Below are positions 32,999 through 43,589 of a stretch of DNA of 64,000 nt, piece by piece. Under the pieces are notes generated by a model. That model made no database searches. It was not told the origin of the DNA and worked only from the letters and a program-made list of their open reading frames with translations. Every line of letters starts with the position of its first letter. Within the stretch, counting starts at the first letter, position 1. The position numbers and the translations under genes were made by a program. This DNA is from Candidatus Moanibacter sp. (GTDB lineage: Bacteria > Verrucomicrobiota > Verrucomicrobiia > Opitutales > UBA2987): the NCBI GenBank assembly GCA_965215885.1, contig CBDCEW010000096.1, positions 1-64,000 on the forward strand. Reading direction: 5' to 3'.

Positions 32999-34012
32999 TC
33001 ATTCCAGTCCGGCAGCCATCGCGTCCAGCTCGTCCAAATACCCTTTTTTCGAATCTCCATCCCACAAAGCGATCTCGAAACCGTTCCGAGCGATTTGGAT
33101 AAGCTCCCGCTTTGTAAAATTGAGCTCCTGGTGAAGCGCATAGTACTCTTCGCTCAGGGTATTGCCAAACATAAAGGGATCATCGGAGTTTATCGTTACT
33201 ATTACACCCGCATCAAACAGCTTCCGGATGGGATGCGCCGACATCGACGGTACTCCTTCCACCGCCAGCTTAACGTTACTGATCGGACAGACATCCAAAG
33301 GAATCTTTTCCCGAACCAGGCGATCGACCAGGGTGGGATCTTCAATCGAACGGACACCGTGTTCAATTCGAGAAACTTTCAGTTCGTCCAACATCCTTGT
33401 GACAAAATCGGCCCCCATAAACTCCCCGGCGTGCGCCTTGGTAAACTTGCCCGCTTCTCTAGCCTTCTCCCATACTCCCGCTGTCCAATCCTCTACCGGC
33501 CAGTACTCGGGTCCATGCAGATCAATGCCATCCAGTTCTTCCCAATTATGGCAATTATCCACAACCTCGGCTCCCCGGCGCCCTTCCCGCGCATTGTGGC
33601 TCATTCCCATGAACACCCGCACTTCCAGCCCTTCCGGGGCCGCCTCTTTGATAGCGCGAATCAATTCCGGTCCCGATTCCTCGATCAACTCAAAGGTGCC
33701 GGTGTGAAAGCTGGTTTCGACATACTTGGCGTTTTGTTTGAAGCAGTTGCCAAGAACGATCTTGGCCGCACGGTGGTACTGCTCAACGGAATCAAAGCCC
33801 GTTCCACAGTATTCCACATAGAGGTCCATAAATTCGTCAAAACTCGCATACCGGAAGTCATCACTCCACATCTTGGGAGGACCACGGAATTTATCGGGAT
33901 CCGCTTCCAGCAGCATTTCTAAGGGGCAAGAGCCCTCCATGTGCAAATGCGTTTCAGTTTTGGGTAGACTCTGAATAAACTCGGCGAATTCGGGATCAGC
34001 TTCGTATGGCAT
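32999..34012 (-). CDS. Adenosine/adenine deaminase family protein
   Basis: LPKTETHLHMEG, HAGE, RIEHG, CPISN, NSDDP. Confidence 0.9.
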   Translation of the reverse strand: MPYEADPEFAEFIQSLPKTETHLHMEGSCPLEMLLEADPDKFRGPPKMWSDDFRYASFDEFMDLYVEYCGTGFDSVEQYHRAAKIVLGNCFKQNAKYVETSFHTGTFELIEESGPELIRAIKEAAPEGLEVRVFMGMSHNAREGRRGAEVVDNCHNWEELDGIDLHGPEYWPVEDWTAGVWEKAREAGKFTKAHAGEFMGADFVTRMLDELKVSRIEHGVRSIEDPTLVDRLVREKIPLDVCPISNVKLAVEGVPSMSAHPIRKLFDAGVIVTINSDDPFMFGNTLSEEYYALHQELNFTKRELIQIARNGFEIALWDGDSKKGYLDELDAMAAGLE

Positions 34013-34161
34013 AAGCAAAAATTTTTGGAAGTCTGCTTTCGCTCGACGCGGAATCAAGGAAATAACGCAATCAGTTTTTTCTTAAAAACGCGCCGGAACT
34101 TCTGGATGAGGCGTCCCTAGCAGATATTGACGATCGTTTGGAACAGAGGACCGACAGTTTC

Positions 34162-35103
34162 TTACTTCATCTCCTTCAAAATTTCATTCAAGATACGCGC
34201 CGCATTCTTCTCTGCCATGGCAGTGAACTCCGGCTGCAGATCCTCACCCGGCTCTCCTCCGGCGAGATCGCTCATACTCCTCACGATTAGAAAAGGCACT
34301 TTATTCGCCCAGCAGACGTGTGCTATGGCGGTCGATTCCATATCGACGCCGTCACTCTGCCAGGTATCGAAAATGAATTTCCTGAATTCCGAATTCTCTA
34401 TGAACAATGGACCGGTCGCCCCTCTTCCCCCAATTTTTACTCGCGCTCGATGACCCGTCGCATTGACCAGTTGGAGCCTCTCACTCGCTCGGGGGGCAAT
34501 TTGCAGAAGATCGGGGTCTGCCTCAAAATAGACCTTCTCTTTGTTTTCAGTCTCACCCTCCCGAATTACTCACACGGATTCGGGATGAAACATCCCGAAA
34601 TTTCCAAACTTCAGGCGCGCACGGGCCTCCGGTGAGACCTGATATACGCCGGGATCTCCCGACTTCTCATTGTAAAAGGCACCTTCGAGTTCGTAGTGCC
34701 ATTCCGCCGGAATCGCGACATCGCCTTTCTTCAGTTCGGGATTAATTCCCCCGGCAATGCCGGAGAAGAGGAGAGCCCTGATCTCGAACTCCGATAGTAC
34801 GAGTTGTGTCGTCATCGCCGCATTTACAACACTGATGCCAGTCAGAAAAAAGATCACTCGCTTGCCGTATGCGGTTCCGATGGAGAACTTCACGCCATTA
34901 ATACTTCGTTCTTCCAGAATCTTCTCCCCTTCGATCACCTCACGAATGGCCTTGAGCTCTCCGTCATAAGCCGCTACCACGGCAATGTAGGAATCTTCCG
35001 GTTCTTCGCCATACCCTTGCGTCGTTATCAGGGAAACACCTGTGATCGCCGCGATTCCACAGCCCAAGAACAATCTCCAACACAAGAGACGTTTCTTTAT
35101 CAT
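34162..35103 (-). pseudogene. Exported MTA/SAH nucleosidase-like protein with in-frame TGA (34570) and a frameshift near 34490
   Basis: Signal peptide, GISVVNAA, SGIAGG, VDMESTA, RSMSDLAG. Confidence 0.8.
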
Positions 35104-36302
35104 ATCGCTTCCTCCATAATCCGCTGCACATTATCCGGAGCAAAGAATTCTACAGGAGAGACAGCCGTAGTCACCAACCCCAAAAACTGTCGCGTCGCCT
35201 CGGCGTTTCCTCGAAGGGCACTATATAGCTGAATTGTCTCAGGCTTAGGCGGCTCAAAGCTCGCCATCTCGCAGGTAAAGTGATAAAAAGGGAGAGCCCA
35301 CTCATCACGTTTCCTCTGATACGACTGCAAGGCTTCTTCCATATCGCTCCTTCCCGAAAATGCATCGTCTACCGCCTCGGCAAGCAACTCAGCATCACAG
35401 AACGCATCCGTAATACCCTGCGCGCTGGTGGGGTCCTTCTTATAGCCGGCATCACCGACTAAGGCCCATCCCGGCCCATACGGCTTCCTGAAGAAATTCC
35501 TCGTGGCGCCGGAGTACCAGCCCTCCTCCCGCTTGCCTTCTTTCACCCTTTCAGCGAGATCCGGAGCCACCCTCGATAAAAGACTCATGTAACTCTCCTC
35601 TATGTCCTGACGGGCCTCTTCGAACTTACCTGGCAGCCAATTCCCTCCGATCAGAACGCAGCCTCCCGAAGTTGGCCAGGCGTAGATCGATTCATACGGA
35701 GGCAGATACACCTCCAGCCCTCTTAGACCCACCCCGCTCCAGTAACTCCAAATCGTCCCTTGAATGATGGGCCGCTTATGATATTCTTCCGCCTCAACGC
35801 TCCTCGCTACTCTAGAGGCCGGTCCATCCGCTCCAATAACCAGCCTTGCCTTCTCCTCGAACCTTCTGCCGCTGTCGCTTTTGCATTTCACACCGCAGAC
35901 TTGGCCTGCTTCAATCAGAACCTCTTCCACGGAACATTCCTCCCTCAAATCGGCGCCGGCCGAAACAGCGCCCTTAACCAATATAGTGTCGAGCAGAAAC
36001 CTGCGAGGAGCATACGCAGTTTCCACGCCCTCTACGGCAGGCGCTGATCCTTTAAGCGCAAACGCGCCAACATCGATCTCGTAATGAGTTACCGGTGGAC
36101 AATCGGTCGCTTCGAGTTCTCCCAGCAGGTTCCACCGCTTCAAATGTGCCACTCCCCGCTGATGAATCATATGTGTAGACATCCGCATTTCACTGGGAAA
36201 CGAGGCACGATCGAGCAGAAGAACCTTGTATCCCTTTCTGGCCAACAACATAGCCGTCGGCGAACCCGCGCATCGCGCTCCAACTACAATTACGTCATAC
36301 AT
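35100..36302 (-). CDS. FAD-dependent oxidoreductase (GGR/halogenase-like fold)
   Basis: DVIVVGARCAG, GADG, LVGDAG..KDP..AQG; start at ATG 36302. Confidence 0.85.
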   Translation of the reverse strand: MYDVIVVGARCAGSPTAMLLARKGYKVLLLDRASFPSEMRMSTHMIHQRGVAHLKRWNLLGELEATDCPPVTHYEIDVGAFALKGSAPAVEGVETAYAPRRFLLDTILVKGAVSAGADLREECSVEEVLIEAGQVCGVKCKSDSGRRFEEKARLVIGADGPASRVARSVEAEEYHKRPIIQGTIWSYWSGVGLRGLEVYLPPYESIYAWPTSGGCVLIGGNWLPGKFEEARQDIEESYMSLLSRVAPDLAERVKEGKREEGWYSGATRNFFRKPYGPGWALVGDAGYKKDPTSAQGITDAFCDAELLAEAVDDAFSGRSDMEEALQSYQRKRDEWALPFYHFTCEMASFEPPKPETIQLYSALRGNAEATRQFLGLVTTAVSPVEFFAPDNVQRIMEEAI

Positions 36303-36477
36303 CGACCGGATCCGGAGCACACTCCGGGTATTTCTCCTCCTCGTACCTTTCCACGAGTAACGACCACAGCTCCAGATCATCCTCTTCATTCGAATCCGGC
36401 GCTGCATCCATAAGCGCCTCGACGTGAGCGAGGGCCGTTTCATAATCAGCTTCGGTCTTTATTAATCTGCGTTTCAT
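36295..36477 (-). pseudogene. HigA-like antitoxin, N-terminal half only (HTH missing)
   Basis: IKTEADYETAL...LVERYEEEKYP...PDPVD then stop. Confidence 0.7.
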
Positions 36478-36488
36478 TGAACTTCCGT

Positions 36489-36620
36489 TCTAAATTGTTC
36501 TGGCGTCTATACGGTCATAATCCGCGTATGTACCAACGAATCGAACAAAAAACGATTGCAACAGAAAAGTTCCCATTTCGGTAACCACCTTTGCTGTAGT
36601 TAGGATTATCTACATCTCGA
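36489..36620 (-). pseudogene. HigB-like toxin C-terminal remnant
   Basis: Manual translation ...VRFVGTYADYDRIDARTI* directly upstream of the HigA fragment; upstream boundary approximate. Confidence 0.6.
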
Positions 36621-36763
36621 ACAGCGAATTCTTCCAGCCAAAAAAATCGAAAATCACAACCATAATAGCGGGAACTCCAGTCCCTTTCCGCCCTTCTCCT
36701 CACAGTGCGAAACAGATGGTAGCGTGCGGAATGGAGTGATAGGCCTGCTGCCTGTCAGTGAGG

Positions 36764-37255
36764 AGTCTTCTCCACGTGAGGTGATCTTCGTCGTCAACTT
36801 TGTCGCGAGCTTTGTCGAAATCTCCCCGCCGGGAGCGAGGCTTTATCCAGCGGCATTCGAAACACATGGTGGAGAGGTAGAATCGACAAAGATTACGACG
36901 AGGCTCACGACCAAGTTTGGGAGGAGTTTTCTCCCGTGAGGGAATCTTCGTCGTCAACTTTGTCGCGAGCTTTGTCGAAATCTCCCCGCCGGGAGCGAGG
37001 CTCTTTCCAGCGGCACAAGATACACATGGTGAAGGGGAAGAAACGACAAAGATTACGACGAGGCTTACGACTAAGTTTGGGAAGAGTTTTCTCCCGTGAG
37101 GGAATCTTCGTCGTCAGCTTCGTCGAAGACCGGCTGAGGCAATGCGACAAAGTTCACGACGATGCTTACGAAGAAGTCTGCCAGGGCGTTTTAGTATTAG
37201 TTGGAACGGAGACATCTCAATCTTTGTTGTCAACTTCGGCGTAAGCTTTGTCGAA
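36764..37255. repeat. 160-bp tandem array built from inverted runs of a 12-bp motif
   Basis: Units begin at 36781, 36941 and 37101; CGACAAAGnTTA-like 12-mers alternate in orientation. Confidence 0.85.
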
Positions 37256-37316
37256 CAGCTCGCTACAGTTCTGCCGGTGAGCAGAACTCCCAAGCTCCAG
37301 CAAAGTCTCAGTGCTC

Positions 37317-38831
37317 TCACAATTGAACCCACTCCTCGGCCTGCTCAAACGCGTGGGCGACGCGGTAAACGGTCGGTTCATCGAAATGTCTACCCACAAG
37401 CATCATTCCGATCGGAAGGCCATCGCTCATACCACACGGCACATTCATGGCGGGATGGTGTGTGCTGTTGAAGGGTGAGGTATTGGCGATCGTTTCAAAG
37501 GCTCGTTGCACGAATTCTTCACGGCTCGCATCAGGCCCGGGAAGAGGTGTGGCCTTCATTGGCGTCGTCGGAAGCAGGAGAAGATCGCATTCCGCAAGAA
37601 CAGTATCATAGGCTCGACGCAGTTTTGGTACGAGGTTGATCCCCTTACCGTAGTAGAAATTGCCATGCCGGTTGCGAATGTAGGTGCCCAGTAGAGCGAA
37701 GACCTTGATTGTATCGGCCAACTCTTCAGTCCTCTCTTTCAAATTCCTCAAATGGCTTCGCAGGCTGTTTACATAGAGATCGCGACGACCGGCTCCGAGG
37801 CCTTCGCCGTAAAGGAGTGTCTCCGTAACACCCGCCACGCCGATCGCCGTGCATATCGGTTCGGCTTCATTGTGCATGGGCACCGATATATCTCGCACAT
37901 CAGCGCCCAATCTCGACAGAATCTCCGACCCGGCATGCACTTTCGAGTCGACATCGGGGTCGGAGTTCCTATGGCCAAAGCCCTCACGCAGGACACCGAT
38001 CCTGATTCCATCTATCCCGTCATCAATCATCTCGGTGTAGGGATGAACGATCGGATTGTACTGCCTCGGATCATAGTCGTCCGGACCTGCAATCACTTCG
38101 AGAAGCAACGCGTTATCCTTCACGGTGCCCGTGATGGGCCCGGTGTGATCAATCGTTACCTCGACCGGCATGATCCCGGTGTAGGGAACAAGACCGTGCG
38201 TCGGCTTCATCCCATAGGTGCCGCTGAATGACGAGGGCATGCGAATTGAGCCTGCCTGGTCCCCGCCTATCGCCATTTCCACCTCTCCGGCCGCTACGAG
38301 AGCGGCGCATCCGGAAGATGATCCGCCCGCCGAAAAACCAGTTTTGCGCGGGTTCTGCACCGGACCCGAATCACTCGTGTGGCTTCCGCCCGATAGACAG
38401 AAACATTCGCAAGTCGCTTTACCCACGATTTCCGCGCCCGCCTCAAGCAGCCGCGTCGCCACCGTAGCATCAATCTCCGGCACGTACCCTTCCAGGATCC
38501 TGCTACCGCACATCATCGGCACGCCAGCCAGCATAATGTTGTCCTTCAAAACGACGCGCCGACCCGCAAGCTTCCCATTCGCCGCCCCTTTGACAGTGGT
38601 CTTGTAATACCATGCGTTGTACCGATTCTCCTCTCCACTCGGCCGGTAGCCCGCATCCCTTGGAAATTTCACGGCGGGCAGGTTATCAGGCATTTCGTCC
38701 AGTGCCCGGTAGGCCTCGATCATGGGCCCCAAAAGGCCGTGAAAAGATTCGGCATCCGCATCGCTGAGCTGCAATCCGATCTCCGCACCGACGGCCTTCA
38801 ATTCCTCGATGCTAGGATATTTGACAGTCAT
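37317..38831 (-). CDS. Amidase signature family enzyme
   Basis: LKDN, GGSSSG, GGDQAGSIRMPS; start taken near ATG 38831. Confidence 0.9.
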   Translation of the reverse strand: MTVKYPSIEELKAVGAEIGLQLSDADAESFHGLLGPMIEAYRALDEMPDNLPAVKFPRDAGYRPSGEENRYNAWYYKTTVKGAANGKLAGRRVVLKDNIMLAGVPMMCGSRILEGYVPEIDATVATRLLEAGAEIVGKATCECFCLSGGSHTSDSGPVQNPRKTGFSAGGSSSGCAALVAAGEVEMAIGGDQAGSIRMPSSFSGTYGMKPTHGLVPYTGIMPVEVTIDHTGPITGTVKDNALLLEVIAGPDDYDPRQYNPIVHPYTEMIDDGIDGIRIGVLREGFGHRNSDPDVDSKVHAGSEILSRLGADVRDISVPMHNEAEPICTAIGVAGVTETLLYGEGLGAGRRDLYVNSLRSHLRNLKERTEELADTIKVFALLGTYIRNRHGNFYYGKGINLVPKLRRAYDTVLAECDLLLLPTTPMKATPLPGPDASREEFVQRAFETIANTSPFNSTHHPAMNVPCGMSDGLPIGMMLVGRHFDEPTVYRVAHAFEQAEEWVQL

Positions 38832-39150
38832 GGGAACCATTAGGCCCCAATCGGCCAGACGAAGCAAGTTGTTGTCTACAAAATTTGGAATGCCGGTCCC
38901 GCTCAGCACGATGCCCGAAGGAGAGCCAAGTGTAGCCGCGGCCGCCAAAGATTCACGATTCACATTACGACGGAAGATTAACCTTCAAAATACTTTCCCA
39001 TCGTGTCTCTCAATGATGTTCTGATGTCGGATACGTCGATTACCGAAGGTCCTAACTTCGACGTTCGGTGTTGGATGTTCGATGTTGGAGGTTCAATAAC
39101 TCAACTTCCAACGCCTTCCCGCCCTATCCCACCACCGAAAATCGCCTCTC

Positions 39151-39410
39151 CTAAACAGCGGCAGCAAGGACCTCGCACTCGCGTGCATCGACAGCCGCCC
39201 GGAATCCCCGGATATGCTCCGGTCCGGTTCCGCAGCAACCTCCAATGAAATACGCGCCGGCACCGAGCAGTTCGCCGATCTGAGCCTCCATCTCTTCGGG
39301 AGTCTGCGAGTAAATGGTCTGGGTCCTCTTATCCAGATGAGGAATTCCTGCATTGGGATAGGCCATCAATCGCTTTTCATCAAGAGCGAACTCACTCAGG
39401 GCACTGCGTA
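39151..39410 (-). pseudogene. Homocysteine S-methyltransferase family, C-terminal fragment
   Basis: AYPNAGIP, IGGCCGTGPEHI; upstream sequence is replaced by REP-like DNA. Confidence 0.75.
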
Positions 39411-39586
39411 ACGGTGATCCTTCCTTCTCGCTCCCCCCGTAGCCGGATCGCTTTGCGATTCGGACCCTGTGCGACTTCGTTTTCAGGCCCCTGGCACTAA
39501 TATGTTTCGGAGTTTCGAAGTCCGGGTTTAGCGTGACCATCGACTACGACGTGCGAAGTGGCTGTTTTCCCGCTTCGCTGAAGGAT

Positions 39587-40111
39587 TCAGCCCGAGATAG
39601 CAATTCTCTGCGCGATCTGCGGAATCAATTTTGAAACCGCCTGGCGCGCCGAAGTTTGAAAATCTTCAATGATCCTGAAACCGGGTAGGGGAATCGAGTA
39701 ATGCCGCCCAACGAGGATACCCAGATTCTCCTTCGCTCCCGGCGCTTTCAGCTGAGCAGCGAGACGTGTTTCAAACTCACCTAACCGATTCAATCGCCAC
39801 TGGTGTAGGAAGATATTTAAAACCACCGCATCTTCGGGAACTTTTGCACCCAATCGGACGTAGACAGTTTCAATCGGAATCTCCGCTTTTTCAAAGACCT
39901 GGGTAACGCTATCTTTGAGATAAAAATATCGGTCATATTCGTCGATAAAGCGGAAATCCTGGTCAAAGGGTTCCGGTAACATATCGATTATGCGCACATA
40001 GAGCGTTTCTTGCACTCCAATACTTACCTGTTCTTGGTTGGCCACCGCAAATACTGAGTTCCCGGTCAGGAAAGCGGCAATTAACAACGATGTTGATAGT
40101 TTCTTATTCAT
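39587..40111 (-). CDS. Hypothetical secreted protein
   Basis: AGGAG RBS, signal peptide, 174 aa. Confidence 0.65.
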   Translation of the reverse strand: MNKKLSTSLLIAAFLTGNSVFAVANQEQVSIGVQETLYVRIIDMLPEPFDQDFRFIDEYDRYFYLKDSVTQVFEKAEIPIETVYVRLGAKVPEDAVVLNIFLHQWRLNRLGEFETRLAAQLKAPGAKENLGILVGRHYSIPLPGFRIIEDFQTSARQAVSKLIPQIAQRIAISG

Positions 40112-40435
40112 TTTTCTTCTCCTTATTTTGATGTTAGAGGCGTTCTGTCATTCAATATTCCTCCATTCGTCGCTCTCCCCCGCGTCTACTTTCAGAGCCT
40201 TCGGATTTCACATTCTATTGACGTTTCAGGTTCGCCATGTTGCGATACCTGTTTTGCGTGTCTTTGATTGATGGCTGCCCTGGTCTTTTTCGCCTCGGCG
40301 AAGCCTCGCGCGAAGACGGGTGCCGAGGTGGAGCGCGTTCCCTGCTATGAACGGAATACCTCTACCAAGCCTTCCCCCGGCACAAGACCGGTTCAGCCTC
40401 AGAAACGTTAGACGCGTACACCCCGGGGATTGCGG

Positions 40436-40617
40436 CTAGCCCGGACATTTCACACACTTCGTAGCGAGACGGCGTAGATTGCTGCCTGTCAATGCCTTTC
40501 CGCAGAACGGCGGGCGACAGTGTGTTGAGACCCTCTGAGGTCGCCGGGCAAGGCAAGGCATTGACACGCGGCGAGATCCGTCGTCGTAGTAGAAGGTTTG
40601 TGAAATGTTCGGGCTAG
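40436..40617. mobile_element. MITE-A copy 3 (diverged)
   Basis: Same TIRs, CTAG flanks and 182-bp length. Confidence 0.9.
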
Positions 40618-40665
40618 TCCCGGATCAGCCGAGACTCATCTCAGGCATTTGCGGGGCAGATTTGC

Positions 40666-40764
40666 TAGGAAGATGTCGGTGGTGAAATCGGCCCCGATCC
40701 ACGAACGCACATAAAGAGCAGGTCCCCACCGAAGAATCGCAAAGCGAGATCCGACAGATTCCTA
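40666..40764. mobile_element. MITE-C copy; right TIR is an empty IS110 target
   Basis: TAGGAAGATGTCGG ... TCCGACAGATTCCTA. Confidence 0.65.
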
Positions 40765-43206
40765 AAAACTATAAGTGACCGAAAACCTCGCATGCATCGG
40801 CAAACCGACCGCCAGGAGATCCCCATAACTCGCCGTCTGCAGATTCGAGTTGAACGTCTTCTCATCGAAGAGATTCAGCAAGTCCGTTTTGAATCGCCAC
40901 GGCCCCTTCTCATAAAAAAGAGAGAGATTGACGATCAGCTGATCACCAATCCTGATGCTGTCAACCATATCGAAATCATACGCTCCCTGCCACTGGGGTC
41001 CTCCGGCTATCCCGAACCCATTCTCAAATGCGTAGAGAAAATAGGCATTGAAGTAGAATAACGGAATGCCACTGTGCCGGATGTTCTGACGTCCGGGAGG
41101 AACTCCAAAAAAGGTCGTGAATCCAAGATCGTCAGCGATAATATCCGTACCGAATCCCAGCGGTGAAAGAATCACACCGGTGAGGGGATCGGGAAAGTCG
41201 ATCAGGGTTGCGTCCTGGTAGGTGAAATTGGCTACCATCCAGAATCGCTCGCCCGGTTGATAAGTCAGGTCCATTTCGAAACCCTCGACTTCGAGGTTGT
41301 CCGGCGCGGTCCCGAGAAAATTCAGCCGCACGCGCTCCTGATGGTAAGCCGCGAAGGTGAGAAGTAAGTCGTCCTTTATCGCATATTTTAGTCCCACTTC
41401 CCACAGCTCCGAGTTCGCATTCCATACTTCTCCTCCAAGGCCCTCCTCCGGGTTCCAGATAAGCCCGCCCACAAAAACGTTACCGACCAGCGTATGATTT
41501 TTCTGATAAGTGAAATACACGCTCAATTCTTCCTTTGGGCGGTAAACCAGGCTACCAGATAACGTCCACCAGAACGTTTCATCCTTGGCGGCAGCATCGC
41601 CTACAAATGGCACGGGTCCGGGAAGCGGATTTTCGATTTCACCCCATCCGTAGTCGCCCCGAGCGCTCGCATAAATGGTGAGCTTTTCTTCATAGAGTTC
41701 AATCTTGTGATTGTGAAAGAAACCGATCGTCTTGAGCGTGTCTTCCGATGTATTGAAGTTGTTGGGAAAATCAGCGCCCCCCGCTTCCGCCGTCTGGCTG
41801 GGCTTTTTGGGTATAACCACCTCGGCAAACTCGTTGAAAGTAGGAAACGGTATTCCTAGTTCCTGGCGTCGAATATCCCAATTGCGGCCCGTAGCCGGGT
41901 CCAATGTGAGATCGAAGATATTCCAGTGCTCGGCAAAGAACCGGTGGTAACTCTCATTGAAGTTATAGCGAAACGATACTCCGGTCGTGGTCTCCTGAGA
42001 GTAAGTTCCCTTTCCTCCAAAATTTCCCTGTAACTCGAATCGATTCTCAAAGACCCAGTCGTTCGGGACGTATTCGATATAGTTGTACTCGAAAACGTCG
42101 ATGTAGGTATTCCACTCCAGATAGGTGTGGTTAACCAGGGTCATATTGTCGTTAAGCTCGTAGGTCGCCTTCAAATGTCCCGTTACATTCACTCCCCTGT
42201 CCTGATCGTCGGGATCGCTGACCTGGCGCCACGGCTCGATCTTGACTTCCGTCGCGAGAGCCGCCGGCAAAATATACCCGCCCAGAATGTCTCCGAAAGG
42301 TGTGGGAATTAATATCGGAAAAGGTTGGCCGCTGAGATAGGTGAAATCGTCCACCAGATCCTGAGTCGGCCGGTTCAACCCGGTTACCGGGACCCACTCC
42401 TCGTAGTAAACCTCAGCGCTGAAATCGAGGCGAAACCTGTTGCTCGGACGCCAGGTAAGCGCGGTATAAAGAGCAAAATTGTCGGTTCCCGAAAACTCAT
42501 GCCATCCATCGGAAAGTTGCCCCGTGAAGCTCACACGGTATGCCAGCTGATCGCTGAAGGGTCCCCCTGCATCAAGTGTGAAGCTGTAATCATCCCAGCC
42601 CCGACCATCAGAAGAGATGTTACCAAAACGTGCGCCGACCGAACCGCGAAACTTATCAAAATAGGGCTTTTTTGTCGTATAATTGATATACCCACCGGTG
42701 TAACTTGAAACTCCCAAATTGGCGGGTGCCGGACCTTTTACGATTTCAATATTCTCTACCCCATTGAAGTTTGTGGGACCGGCGCTCTGCTGAAAAAATC
42801 GACGCATCCCATTCTGGTAGGCCTCCGATAAATCAGCTCTTACGAACGGCGTGCCTTGGAAACCGAAAGAGGTCACTACCCCGATTCCGGAGGAGAATTG
42901 TCGGATGTCTTCGACTAATTCGATCCCGAAAATCTCCATCTGCTCACCCGTTACAATCGCCATGGACCGAGGGATGTTAAAAACCTCGTCTGCGAAACCA
43001 TAGGTTGAACTGATTGGTTTGTCAGTGGGCACGATCATGGCCGATTGCAGGTTTTCGATGATGACATATTCACCAAGCTCCTCAATTTCCTCCTTGTCTT
43101 CCTGAGCATTCGCGCTCATCGCGAAAACAAATACGCCAACTGCGGCAATAGATATTAATCGCTTTGTCGGCGACAAATTATGATGTGTTAATTTCGCTTC
43201 TTTCAT
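40762..43206 (-). CDS. TonB-dependent receptor, similar in layout to 4348-6894
   Basis: NIPRSM, NIEIVKGP, GGYINY, NLFDEK, C-terminal Phe; start taken at ATG 43206. Confidence 0.9.
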   Translation of the reverse strand: MKEAKLTHHNLSPTKRLISIAAVGVFVFAMSANAQEDKEEIEELGEYVIIENLQSAMIVPTDKPISSTYGFADEVFNIPRSMAIVTGEQMEIFGIELVEDIRQFSSGIGVVTSFGFQGTPFVRADLSEAYQNGMRRFFQQSAGPTNFNGVENIEIVKGPAPANLGVSSYTGGYINYTTKKPYFDKFRGSVGARFGNISSDGRGWDDYSFTLDAGGPFSDQLAYRVSFTGQLSDGWHEFSGTDNFALYTALTWRPSNRFRLDFSAEVYYEEWVPVTGLNRPTQDLVDDFTYLSGQPFPILIPTPFGDILGGYILPAALATEVKIEPWRQVSDPDDQDRGVNVTGHLKATYELNDNMTLVNHTYLEWNTYIDVFEYNYIEYVPNDWVFENRFELQGNFGGKGTYSQETTTGVSFRYNFNESYHRFFAEHWNIFDLTLDPATGRNWDIRRQELGIPFPTFNEFAEVVIPKKPSQTAEAGGADFPNNFNTSEDTLKTIGFFHNHKIELYEEKLTIYASARGDYGWGEIENPLPGPVPFVGDAAAKDETFWWTLSGSLVYRPKEELSVYFTYQKNHTLVGNVFVGGLIWNPEEGLGGEVWNANSELWEVGLKYAIKDDLLLTFAAYHQERVRLNFLGTAPDNLEVEGFEMDLTYQPGERFWMVANFTYQDATLIDFPDPLTGVILSPLGFGTDIIADDLGFTTFFGVPPGRQNIRHSGIPLFYFNAYFLYAFENGFGIAGGPQWQGAYDFDMVDSIRIGDQLIVNLSLFYEKGPWRFKTDLLNLFDEKTFNSNLQTASYGDLLAVGLPMHARFSVTYSF

Positions 43207-43589
43207 TGTAATAAATCCTCTTCTTTTGGGTGGTTTCAAATGTGATTTTGCTTTCTGTATTTGCACTCCTTCTACGGGACGCGCTTTGCAAGAGCGTGCT
43301 CTGGCAACGTTAAGGTGGTAAACCACGACCTATTTTTCGCTCTCAGAATAGTTACGCAAGAGTGAATTCTATTCAGCTTATAGCAAATTAATCGCGAGCT
43401 GAAGGTTGGTCCCTGCGCACCCGACGAGTTTTCGGCCAGGCCTACCAGGGGTCAACAGATACAACAGCCCCACTCTTTCAATAAGGTACGGGCGCGGGGA
43501 TAAAGGTTTCCCTTGAATTGAAGTTGACCCTTCAAGTTGCTCTGATTTCGTAAGTTAGATTATTTCAAGCGGTTTCCTACTCAATCCGA

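Noticed and set aside
18220..34572. Stop-codon recoding (in-frame TAG at 18220, TGA at 34570)
   Set aside because: Both genes also carry frameshifts, and TAG and TGA serve as normal stops elsewhere; simple decay is more likely
36764..37255. CRISPR array
   Set aside because: Units are 160 bp with near-identical intervening sequence, no unique spacers and no cas genes
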